Below, piece after piece: positions 20,057-28,790 of a stretch of 57,828 nucleotides of DNA (the stretch's first letter is position 1; each line of letters starts with the position of its first letter). The notes beneath the pieces were generated by a model, which had not been told where the DNA came from, did no database searches, and saw only the letters and a list, made by a program, of their open reading frames with translations. The translations under genes and the position numbers were made by a program. The stretch is from a bacterium (GTDB lineage: Bacteria; Zixibacteria; MSB-5A5; GN15; FEB-12): positions 1 through 57,828 of the forward strand of contig JBDRNJ010000011.1 of assembly GCA_043811375.1 (NCBI GenBank), written 5' to 3'.

Positions 20057-21571
20057 ATGAAAGACAACGGGAAAACGAATATCCTGGTGGTCGACGATGA
20101 GAAGTACATCTGTGATATCATCGTTGAGACGCTGGAATCAGAGAACTACGAGGTCGTGGCCATTACCGATCCCCGGCACGCCCTGGCCTATGTACATGAC
20201 CGGCCGGTCGATCTGGTACTGACCGATCTGCTGATGGGGGAATATTCCGGGGAACAGGTACTGGAGACTACCCTGGACAACCACTCCGACGCCATCGTCA
20301 TTCTGATGACCGCCCACCCCACCGTCGAGACAGCCATCTCCGTGCTGAAAAAAGGCGCCTACGATTTTCTGGTTAAACCGTTTAAGCTGGAGTTGTTGAA
20401 AGCCACTATCAATCGCGGCCTCAGACACCAGCGGCTGGTGCGGGAAAACCTCTCCCTCAAAGACCAGGTAGAGTTTCTCAAAATCGCCAACGCCTCCCAG
20501 TCCGGCCTGGAGATTGACAGCTTCCTGCAAATGGTCATTAACGCCTGTAAGAAAGAGATGTCAGCGGTGGCGGTGGGTTTGATTGAAACTGATCTTAAAA
20601 CCAGAGAACCGATCCGGAAAATCTGTGTCAGTGACGACGACCGACACCGGGAAGCGGTACTCAATGAAACAACATTACAGCAGTTTGCCTACACCAAGAG
20701 CACCAAACCGGTCGTGCAAATGGAATCAACCTCCAGCGACGATCAGATCGGCGTGAGGACCTTCATTTCCCAGCCGATCTTTGTAAGACGCCGGTTGCAG
20801 GGTGTATTCAACCTGCTGATCTTATCGCGCTTTGATTTCGTTACGCCGGGTCGACTGGACGTTTTGACTATCCTGACCAACTCGGCCGGCTCGGCAATTG
20901 CCAACCATCGTCTTTACCAGGACCTGCAGGCATCGTACCTGCAGGCTATCCGAGGTCTGGCCAACGCTATCGAAGCTCGCGATAAATGTACTGCCGGTCA
21001 CACCGACCGGGTCTCCCGGCTGGCCAGCCTGGTGGCTCGTCACCTGGGCTGGGACCAGCCCAGTATCAACCATCTTGCTATGGGGTGCTCACTGCACGAC
21101 ATGGGCAAGATCGGAGTGCCCGATTCCGTCCTGAACAAAGCCGGACAACTCACCGACGATGAGCGTGAACTGATGAACAGACACCCACAAATGGGCCTGA
21201 AAATCATACGCGGCATCGACCTGTTCAAACCGGCTATACCCTACATCATCGCCCACCACGAGCGCTACGACGGCACCGGTTACCCTGATAGATTGAAAGG
21301 TGAGGAGATTCCGATTGAAGGTCGGCTGCTGGCCGTGCTGGATGCTTTCGACGCTATCATGGCCAACCGTCCCTATCGTAAAGGAGCCAACCTGAGAACG
21401 GCCGTTGCTGAACTCATTGCGTACAAGGGGGTTCAGTTCGACCCGGATATCGTCGAAGCCTTCCTGGAAACTCTGGTGACAACGCCGATCGATTTCGATC
21501 AGATGTATGGTCGTGACGAGGACACTAGCTTCATCAACGAACTTCTGGTTAACGAAAAGGTATCGGTGTAA
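20057..21571 (+). CDS. Response regulator with REC, GAF-like and HD-GYP phosphodiesterase domains
   Basis: VVDDE, LTDLLM, KPF receiver motifs; LHDMGKIG; HHERYDGTGYP; RPYR. Confidence 0.95.
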   Translation: MKDNGKTNILVVDDEKYICDIIVETLESENYEVVAITDPRHALAYVHDRPVDLVLTDLLMGEYSGEQVLETTLDNHSDAIVILMTAHPTVETAISVLKKGAYDFLVKPFKLELLKATINRGLRHQRLVRENLSLKDQVEFLKIANASQSGLEIDSFLQMVINACKKEMSAVAVGLIETDLKTREPIRKICVSDDDRHREAVLNETTLQQFAYTKSTKPVVQMESTSSDDQIGVRTFISQPIFVRRRLQGVFNLLILSRFDFVTPGRLDVLTILTNSAGSAIANHRLYQDLQASYLQAIRGLANAIEARDKCTAGHTDRVSRLASLVARHLGWDQPSINHLAMGCSLHDMGKIGVPDSVLNKAGQLTDDERELMNRHPQMGLKIIRGIDLFKPAIPYIIAHHERYDGTGYPDRLKGEEIPIEGRLLAVLDAFDAIMANRPYRKGANLRTAVAELIAYKGVQFDPDIVEAFLETLVTTPIDFDQMYGRDEDTSFINELLVNEKVSV

Positions 21572-22718
21572 ACGATACTACTAAGATCATCAGCGATATT
21601 ACACCCATTACAACAGCGGCTGGGGGCAGTTCTTGTCCGTCCTGAAGTGTGGGTGGATGTCTCATCCCAAAAACAAGACCAAAACCGGCAAAGACCCACC
21701 ACATCACCGACTGAAAACCGAGTACCAGCAGGGCCGCCACGGCCAGCCGCGCCAGCCAGTGCTGCCATCGCCGACCCAGCCCGTAGACAATGTGCCCCCC
21801 GTCCAACTGACCGATTGGCAGCAGGTTTATGGCCGTGATCAGTATCCCCACCCAGCCGGCAAAAGCGGCCTCACTCAGTCGGTAATACAGACCCTCCGCT
21901 GCCGGACCGACTATCGTCAGAGTTGCCGCGCGCATCAGCAACGATTCTCCTTCCAATGAAAAACCGAACTCTTTCAGACCGAGTATTTCCGGCGTAACGA
22001 TTGACGAACCCGACAAACCCCACACCAGCCAGCCAATCGCCACCAGCCAACCGGCGATCGGTCCCGCCGCGCCTACCTCGATCAGATCGCGCCGGTTCCA
22101 GAAGGGCGATTTCGATTTGATAACAGCACCGAAAGTCCCGATAATATTTGGCGCCGGAATAAAATAAGGCCAGGAAGTGACGATTCCCCGGCGGTGTCCG
22201 GCAACATAATGCCCCATCTCGTGTACAAATAGAATCGAGATCAACGCTAATGTAAAAACCAACCCGGCCCCGCCGGCCAGGTCCTGCATTGTCGCCGTCA
22301 GCGTTGGTAATACCGCGTCGGCCACCAGCCGTAATTCGTCCAGAAACGACAGCGGCGGCACCACCAAATCCCGGTAGAGCCTGTACATGGTCGGCGGCAG
22401 GTTGCGCAGAAAAACCGGCACAAAGTAAACGGAGAACAACGTCAGCACAAACAGGACAATATTCACGGTCGGAATCCGCAGCCGTCGCCTCGGATCGATT
22501 TGCAACAGCAGCACCTGCTCCCGCTCGGTCAGCGTAAAGCTGTACCCGGCCGTTTTCAGTCGTTCCCGGATCATCCGCACCGACCGGCGGCGCTCAAAGC
22601 GGTAGTTCAGGCTGAACAGCAGCCCCTCCTGCTGCCGGTATACGGCCCCTATCTCAAACAGGTCCGTCAGCAGCGCCGAAACATCGGCTGTTTTTTTGTC
22701 CGTTACGTCCGGGTCCAT
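21549..22718 (-). CDS. Site-2 protease (M50 family intramembrane metalloprotease)
   Basis: HEMGH, GAAGPIAG, NLLPIGQLDGGH; multiple TM helices. Confidence 0.95.
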   Translation of the reverse strand: MDPDVTDKKTADVSALLTDLFEIGAVYRQQEGLLFSLNYRFERRRSVRMIRERLKTAGYSFTLTEREQVLLLQIDPRRRLRIPTVNIVLFVLTLFSVYFVPVFLRNLPPTMYRLYRDLVVPPLSFLDELRLVADAVLPTLTATMQDLAGGAGLVFTLALISILFVHEMGHYVAGHRRGIVTSWPYFIPAPNIIGTFGAVIKSKSPFWNRRDLIEVGAAGPIAGWLVAIGWLVWGLSGSSIVTPEILGLKEFGFSLEGESLLMRAATLTIVGPAAEGLYYRLSEAAFAGWVGILITAINLLPIGQLDGGHIVYGLGRRWQHWLARLAVAALLVLGFQSVMWWVFAGFGLVFGMRHPPTLQDGQELPPAAVVMGVISLMILVVSFTPIPFR

Positions 22719-22755
22719 GATATCATTATAACGCCCTTCAATCGGTGCCGGATAC

Positions 22756-22791
22756 AAAAAAAGAAGCGAGGAGCAAGCTCCTCGCTTCTTT
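22756..22791 (-). terminator. Intrinsic terminator of the 1690-aa gene
   Basis: Perfect stem aaagaagcgaggag-caag-ctcctcgcttcttt with a T-tract on the minus strand. Confidence 0.85.
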
Positions 22792-22820
22792 AGTTATACG
22801 AAACCGTCTTCTAATTCAGA

Positions 22821-25800
22821 TTAGAAGCACCAGGCTCCATCAGGACACGGTCCGCCACCGAAGTAATAGTCGATCAGACGGTTGACATCGAGCATGTCGA
22901 TGGTACCATCAATAACGACATCACCTAAGTGCATGAACGGGATCGGTCCCGGAGCGCCGGTATTGACAAAGTTAGCGAGATAAATGATATCACAGAGGTT
23001 ACCCACCGTGCCATCATTATTCACGTCACCACGCTCCCAGCCGCAGAACTTGTTGACCATGTGAGCCATACCGGCATACTCGGCACCATCGGAGGCATCA
23101 GCCAGACCGAACAGCGCAAAGTGTGCGATAGCGACCTCATAGTCACCATACGGTTCGAAGTCGTGAGAAGCGTATGTCATCATCGCTTCTTCGTCACCAT
23201 TGTGGATGTCAACGTTAATCACACCTTCCGAGAAATGACCCACACCATGAGACATATGGATGTAGCAGAAATCCCAGAAGATTCCCCAGCCCCAGAAACC
23301 GTGGCCGGGTGTTCCGGAAACACCCCACTCATCCCAGATGTTCAGGATCGGCACATTGTCGGCGGCAGTCTGACCAACAGAGATACAGCCGAACGGGATC
23401 TTAACCTGACCCCAGGCCTGATCGTTACCAGGTGTGTTGTGACTCCAGGTGGTAGAGATGTCGCGATCGATACCGAGCTCGTCGCCGCCGTTATCGCAGT
23501 CGAGAATCTCGCCGAGATACCAGCCGGTAACCGAGTCGTTATTCCTGTTATGGAACTCCATGATCTCAATAGTCACGTTGTCCAGTTCAGGAACGTCGCA
23601 AACACCAACCACCCGGCTCTCAACGTAGAGACCCATGGTGGAGTCATTGTCGAACCCGACACCGAAGTTATCCCAGGTTGCGTTGAATATCTGGACGGAA
23701 TCCAGGAAGCTCTTGCAAACCATATCACCGACAACAGGTGTGTAGGTAATACCGTCGGAGGTGATACCACCAACGCCACCCATGCAACCCAGCAGCGTAA
23801 CGCCGGACATGAGGTGTGGTTTACATTCGCCGTCACACCAGTTGGGATCCGGCTGCATCGACACAAAGGCGTCAGCTTCGCCACCACCGGTGGTCCAATC
23901 CTGCGTGTGTACGGCCATACGATGAGTACTGGTCGCATACACATAGGCGGCCTGGTAGTAGGAAGCGGCGTCGCCATCGATGTCAAAGCAGTGCGCATCC
24001 CAGTCACCGGTACCTATACGGCCGGTGTTGGTAACCCACTGGTAATCGGTGCAGCCCATGCCGAACCACAGTGTGGTGGTGTCGATCAAGCAACCACCAA
24101 CCAGACAGACATAGATACAGGGATCCATGGTGACGTTGTTGATGTAGAAGTCAGGATCGTTGGTCACCATCTGCATGTAGAAGCACTGCGGGCCACGGGA
24201 GATCTGGAGTTGATCAACCGTCAGGTCGAGATCGGCCGTGTCACCCGGGGCTATCGTCAACCCCACCGCGGGGAAGTCGATACTAACCACGAAAGGCGGC
24301 CAGGCCGTGGCAGCACTGTTGCTGCGCTCTTTGGTGAGATCCATTTCATCCCTGGAGATGATCAGGTTCTCATCAAGAACATTCTCGCTCGGACGGAGAT
24401 ACTTCGACAGATAGGCGTCACGGGCCAGATTGTCGGCGATCCGCGAAGCCTTCTCCATGAAGTCAACCCCTACCGTGTTCACCGAAGCAAACAGTGTCGG
24501 ACTCTGGATGTCACAGGCACAGGCCGCGGCATCCTGGTCGGCACAGATCGACAGGAATTGCAGGTCAGTACAACCGGTGTTGACAAAGACATCCGGTATC
24601 GAGACCGGCAGCAACGGGTTGGAACCAAACTCAACCGCAGTAGTCGGGTTGTAGGTCTGGATTTCCAGACGCGCCCGGTCACCCTGCTTGGTGAGGTCAA
24701 TCAGATTGCCCCAGTAGCAGGTGGCCAGCACGTGGACTTCGTCCGCCACGTCATGAACAACGGCTACGCCCTGGCCCATGTCGTACGGCCAGCCTATGCC
24801 ATTGTCAATCTTACGACGGAATGTCTCGGTCATATCGGAAGTTCTGATGAACTGCAGGAAGCCGTCATCATCGACAGCAACGATGAAGTCAGGTTCCGGC
24901 TCAGGTTCACAAGTCGCAGCGGCATCGTGAGCGTAGTAGCGTCCGCCACCGGGGCCGTCGCACACACCCTCAATGGCGCCACTGTTCTTGTTGAACTTGA
25001 TCATGTTACCACCGGCCGGCGGGGTGCCCCAGCGGGTCGTGGTCGGCAGGTAAACATGGCTGATATCCATGATCGGCGTCTGATAGTACGCGCGGTTGGA
25101 AAGCACCGCGTAGTTCAGACTGCCGTCACTCGCGTTAATGCTGTAGAACAGACCATCGGTCGGATGGTCGGCCTCGGCACGCGAGGGGGTATAGATTTTG
25201 CCATTGTCGTACATGATACCACCGGCGAAACCTTCGTTGGCTATGGGGTAACCGTTGGTATGAGTAAAGACGTTAACACCCTGGAGGCCGCCCGCTGGAG
25301 GTGGGCCGGACAGTTGCCAGTTGATAACGCCTGTGGCGGCGTCTATCGAGTAGACATCACCCTCAGGACCACCGGTACCAATGTAGGTGCAGAAGAACAG
25401 GTCGGTGCCGTCGGTAGTACCGGAAACATTCACCGAGTACGTCAGGGGTACGGGGTTATTAGTGCCCCAGCCGAAGTACAGCGAACCGTTAGCAGCCTCG
25501 ACGGCAACCACGTTACCGTCATCAGTGCCCCAGTAGAGCACATCCATACCACCGATATTAAGAATGACGGTACGACCCCAGCGGTTCAGTCCGAACAGGC
25601 CGGCCGTACCTACGGTGGAAATGTCGCGGCTCCAGATGAGGGCGCCGGTGTACAGATCGTAGGCAACGAATGACTGCTGGTCACCACCGCCAACAAACAA
25701 CACCGGATCAGTAATACCAGCAATCATGGCTACCGTCGGCGTGCAGCGCAGTGCGCCACCCAGCGGGAAGCCCGAAAGGGTGTACACGATGCTGGCCGTC

Positions 25801-27893
25801 GGAGGGGAAGCCGGATTAAGATCGAACACTATATAGTGATCGGTGAAGGCTTGGACCACCTTGTCATAAGCGACAATCGGTCCGCACCAGCTGATACCCT
25901 GTGCCGGATCTTCGTAGTTCCAGTACATGGTCAGGTCGCACCAGGCATCACTGATAGCGTTCATCGAGTGACCGGTACGAGCGTAGTCACGCTGGTAGGT
26001 CGGCCAGTCTTCGCTCGGGACGCACACCATACCGCCGTACGGAATGCAGCACTGGCGCTCTTCGACTATGGCATTCGCGTCGCAGGGAATGCCCCAGTAG
26101 GTGCACATTGTCGACCAGGCGCCCCAGTACTCAGCCCAGGAGTCTACGCAACTGCCGCCGCCGGCGTCGGACAGGGTCCGGATACCGTCGGTGGAGTCAG
26201 TACCGTGTGACTCGATAGCCACCCAGTAGTCACCCGAAGTGAGGACATTGAGAGGCCCAAAGTCGACACTCATCATGCTCGGGAAGAGCACATACGGGTT
26301 ACCGGTGCCCGGTCCGATAAGGATTCCGGCCATTTTGGTGCCCGGAAGACCACCGGCATCGGTGTAAACCTGGACCTCGGAAGTGGTCGTGTAGGCAGTC
26401 GGGGTACCGTTGTCATACAGTGCCCAGGCGACTTCGTGCACCTGGCACTCTTCGCCCTGGGCAGTGAACTTCTGAGCATGGGCCCAGTCGCCATAGGCAT
26501 CCGGCAGACGCCAGAAGTAGTCGAGGCTAACATAGCACCAATCCCAGTAGCAGTCCTTGAACGGGTCTTTGCAGAGGTTGGCATAGAACAGGAAGTTACA
26601 GTCCAGACCCCAGCCGGTCAGCATGTCGACCCATGTGCCGCCGCCCCAGTCGGAAGCGGAACGGCCGACACCGTCGGTACCGTCGGATGACAGACAGGCT
26701 TCATAGTCGCCGCTGCCAAGGATTGCCGACGATGAGAAAGCAACGTGGAAATCGTTGCCGCTCAGGTTGGCGCCCGGCATACCGGCCGGTATCATCACCA
26801 GGCCGAAATTAAACGTCGTATAGGCCGGGTAGAAAGCGTAACCACCGCCGGGGATCGTCGTCTGGGCAAGCTGAGTGCCCGGCAAACCGGTGCCGTCATC
26901 GTCATAGACAGTCATGATGACGTCGTCGTTACCGCACAGGCCGGTAGCGTCGTCATAGACACCCACGTCGATAACCTGCAGGGTCTCAGCCTGAGTTACG
27001 CTCATGCGCATCGAGTATGCCACATCACCCCAAACCGGGTGCGGGGCACGCCACAAATACGCTAAATTGGTAGGATAACCCTGCCAATAGCAATCGGAAT
27101 AAGGGATCTCGCTACAACAGCGCTCGGCCAGAATGAAGAAGGACACATCGATGAGCCAGTCATTCAGCATCGTTCCCCACATGCCGCCCCAGTTTTCACT
27201 GGCGCGCTCTTCCAGAGAGGAAGAGCCGGTGGCATCGTCGGAAATGATGGCCAGCACATCGGTGCCGGCGCCGCTGTTGTCCAGAATCGTCCACCCAAGA
27301 TGGTACTCATCGCCGTCCGAGAACACCCACCAGAGACCGGACGCATTGCCGGCGGGAGTGAAATCGGCGGAGACGTATGCGATGCCACTGGTCGGGAGAG
27401 AGGCGTTGAGGATATCCACTGAATCCAACTTGTTGTTGGGGAATCCAAAGCCGTCATCATCCCAGAGGTAGCAGCGCAAATCGGGGGCACCGACCATCGC
27501 CGTGCCGTACATCAGGTAGTGGCCGACCATCAGCGTGCAGTCGTAGCCCGCATCGGACGTAAACCGCATGTTGAACAGGTCGTCACCGTAGGCATCGGGG
27601 ATGGGCCAGAAGTAGTAGGGAACTCCGTTGGTGTAGTCCTGAACGTCGCAGAAGTAGGCTTGAGGGGTAGAAGGCGCCGTTAAGCCACTCGGTAGTACCT
27701 TGAGTGCTGATTCTGGTTTCTTAAAGGAAGGTTGGGCCGGTCGGGCATCGGCGATATTTACGTACCGCTCATTGTTCTGATCGATCTTGATGACCGGATT
27801 CAACTCACCCTTAGTAACATCTGAAGTAGCTGTACCGCTAAAGGCCAATACCAGGCCAATAACGAATACTGCGCTTATCAGTCTTCTTAACAT
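22821..27893 (-). CDS. Large secreted Cys-rich protein: three beta-sandwich repeats, PQQ-type beta-propeller, Ig-like, C-terminal dockerin
   Basis: AAGGAGG SD; signal peptide. Repeats YFWPIPDAYGD, YLWRAPHPVWGD and YFWRLPDAYGD. EDWPTYQRDYARTG and AYDLYTGALIWS, SIDAATGVINWQ are propeller motifs. Terminal RGDVNNDGTVGNLCDI...GDVVIDGTIDMLDV...FGGGPCP. Confidence 0.9.
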   Translation of the reverse strand: MLRRLISAVFVIGLVLAFSGTATSDVTKGELNPVIKIDQNNERYVNIADARPAQPSFKKPESALKVLPSGLTAPSTPQAYFCDVQDYTNGVPYYFWPIPDAYGDDLFNMRFTSDAGYDCTLMVGHYLMYGTAMVGAPDLRCYLWDDDGFGFPNNKLDSVDILNASLPTSGIAYVSADFTPAGNASGLWWVFSDGDEYHLGWTILDNSGAGTDVLAIISDDATGSSSLEERASENWGGMWGTMLNDWLIDVSFFILAERCCSEIPYSDCYWQGYPTNLAYLWRAPHPVWGDVAYSMRMSVTQAETLQVIDVGVYDDATGLCGNDDVIMTVYDDDGTGLPGTQLAQTTIPGGGYAFYPAYTTFNFGLVMIPAGMPGANLSGNDFHVAFSSSAILGSGDYEACLSSDGTDGVGRSASDWGGGTWVDMLTGWGLDCNFLFYANLCKDPFKDCYWDWCYVSLDYFWRLPDAYGDWAHAQKFTAQGEECQVHEVAWALYDNGTPTAYTTTSEVQVYTDAGGLPGTKMAGILIGPGTGNPYVLFPSMMSVDFGPLNVLTSGDYWVAIESHGTDSTDGIRTLSDAGGGSCVDSWAEYWGAWSTMCTYWGIPCDANAIVEERQCCIPYGGMVCVPSEDWPTYQRDYARTGHSMNAISDAWCDLTMYWNYEDPAQGISWCGPIVAYDKVVQAFTDHYIVFDLNPASPPTASIVYTLSGFPLGGALRCTPTVAMIAGITDPVLFVGGGDQQSFVAYDLYTGALIWSRDISTVGTAGLFGLNRWGRTVILNIGGMDVLYWGTDDGNVVAVEAANGSLYFGWGTNNPVPLTYSVNVSGTTDGTDLFFCTYIGTGGPEGDVYSIDAATGVINWQLSGPPPAGGLQGVNVFTHTNGYPIANEGFAGGIMYDNGKIYTPSRAEADHPTDGLFYSINASDGSLNYAVLSNRAYYQTPIMDISHVYLPTTTRWGTPPAGGNMIKFNKNSGAIEGVCDGPGGGRYYAHDAAATCEPEPEPDFIVAVDDDGFLQFIRTSDMTETFRRKIDNGIGWPYDMGQGVAVVHDVADEVHVLATCYWGNLIDLTKQGDRARLEIQTYNPTTAVEFGSNPLLPVSIPDVFVNTGCTDLQFLSICADQDAAACACDIQSPTLFASVNTVGVDFMEKASRIADNLARDAYLSKYLRPSENVLDENLIISRDEMDLTKERSNSAATAWPPFVVSIDFPAVGLTIAPGDTADLDLTVDQLQISRGPQCFYMQMVTNDPDFYINNVTMDPCIYVCLVGGCLIDTTTLWFGMGCTDYQWVTNTGRIGTGDWDAHCFDIDGDAASYYQAAYVYATSTHRMAVHTQDWTTGGGEADAFVSMQPDPNWCDGECKPHLMSGVTLLGCMGGVGGITSDGITYTPVVGDMVCKSFLDSVQIFNATWDNFGVGFDNDSTMGLYVESRVVGVCDVPELDNVTIEIMEFHNRNNDSVTGWYLGEILDCDNGGDELGIDRDISTTWSHNTPGNDQAWGQVKIPFGCISVGQTAADNVPILNIWDEWGVSGTPGHGFWGWGIFWDFCYIHMSHGVGHFSEGVINVDIHNGDEEAMMTYASHDFEPYGDYEVAIAHFALFGLADASDGAEYAGMAHMVNKFCGWERGDVNNDGTVGNLCDIIYLANFVNTGAPGPIPFMHLGDVVIDGTIDMLDVNRLIDYYFGGGPCPDGAWCF

Positions 27894-28449
27894 TAAAATT
27901 CCTCCTTAAAAAAGGAAAGAGTGTTGCACTGTCTTAACCAAAGTCGGCAATCTGCCGGACTAACCTTAGCGGTTGTCATAAGGCAGCAGCCAGTATCCAT
28001 GGGATTAATGTCTAGGGAAAAATCGGATACATAACTTTTAGCCATCAAGTGCATAAGATTCCTCTTCTTTTTGGAGTCGGAGCCGTCAGGCTCCTGTTGT
28101 GTCAAAAAGTGTTCGTTTTAACGCTCTTAAACCTTTCGGTTTGAAATCTATAGTTGACACCTCCTGTAAGCTGACCAGACATAGCCAGCGGTCGGTAAAG
28201 AGTTCTCAGTAGTACTAACGATTCTACTGCGGGAAGTATTACAGACACTAAACCATACAATGAGGGGAAGCTGTCACCTTCAGCCTATTTCAGAAATATC
28301 CATCCAACCGAAATCGGACGAATCATCTTTGATACGCCCTAAGGCAACATCTTTAGCATTATACAGTCTTTAAGAGGTACCTGTGTCGTTACGTCTTCAA
28401 TCACTTGTGGCTCTCGGACCAAAGCGCAACTAAACACACGCTCAAGACT

Positions 28450-28478
28450 AAGTTAAACGATTTACCCGGATTTGTCAA
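28450..28478 (-). promoter_or_regulatory. sigma70-type promoter for the 1690-aa gene
   Basis: TTGACA-N17-TAACTT on the minus strand, about 550 nt upstream of the ATG. Confidence 0.55.
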
Positions 28479-28520
28479 GACAAAAGTGGGAAATATTTGC
28501 CTTATTTACCTGTTATTTCT

Positions 28521-28675
28521 GTGGGCGTCAGATGTCCACATCTGCCCCATTGATCAGCCTGAATTGGCAGTCTAGTAGGTCGGAACCCCTGTGGTCCCGT
28601 CAGTTTGGCAGGTCTCTGCGAGACCTGCCCTACAAGCAAAAAGATGGCAGGTTTCAAGGAGACCTGCCCTACAAG
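28521..28675. repeat. Cluster of REP-like palindromes (GTAG type)
   Basis: Two tandem copies of ggcaggtYtc-N3-gagacctgccctac (28607-28633, 28646-28672; minus strand GTAG plus hairpin), GTAGgtcggaacc...ggtcccgtc at 28575, and a cagatgtccacatctg palindrome near 28529. Confidence 0.75.
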
Positions 28676-28790
28676 AATAAAAGCCACTTGTGGCTCGGCT
28701 GGTCGCTTTCACTTTATTCCACGGCTTTCGCCTATCCGGCAGGAAGACCTTGACATGGCGGTCTCAATACAGGTTTTTGAAGTAATTGCC

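Noticed and set aside
22929..25673. 914-aa plus-strand ORF
   Set aside because: It is an antisense shadow of the 1690-aa gene caused by codon bias; no SD and no recognisable motifs.
28605..28790. N-terminal extension of the SMC ORF with CETCP repeats
   Set aside because: It is translated REP palindromes; the family-typical start is ATG 28791.
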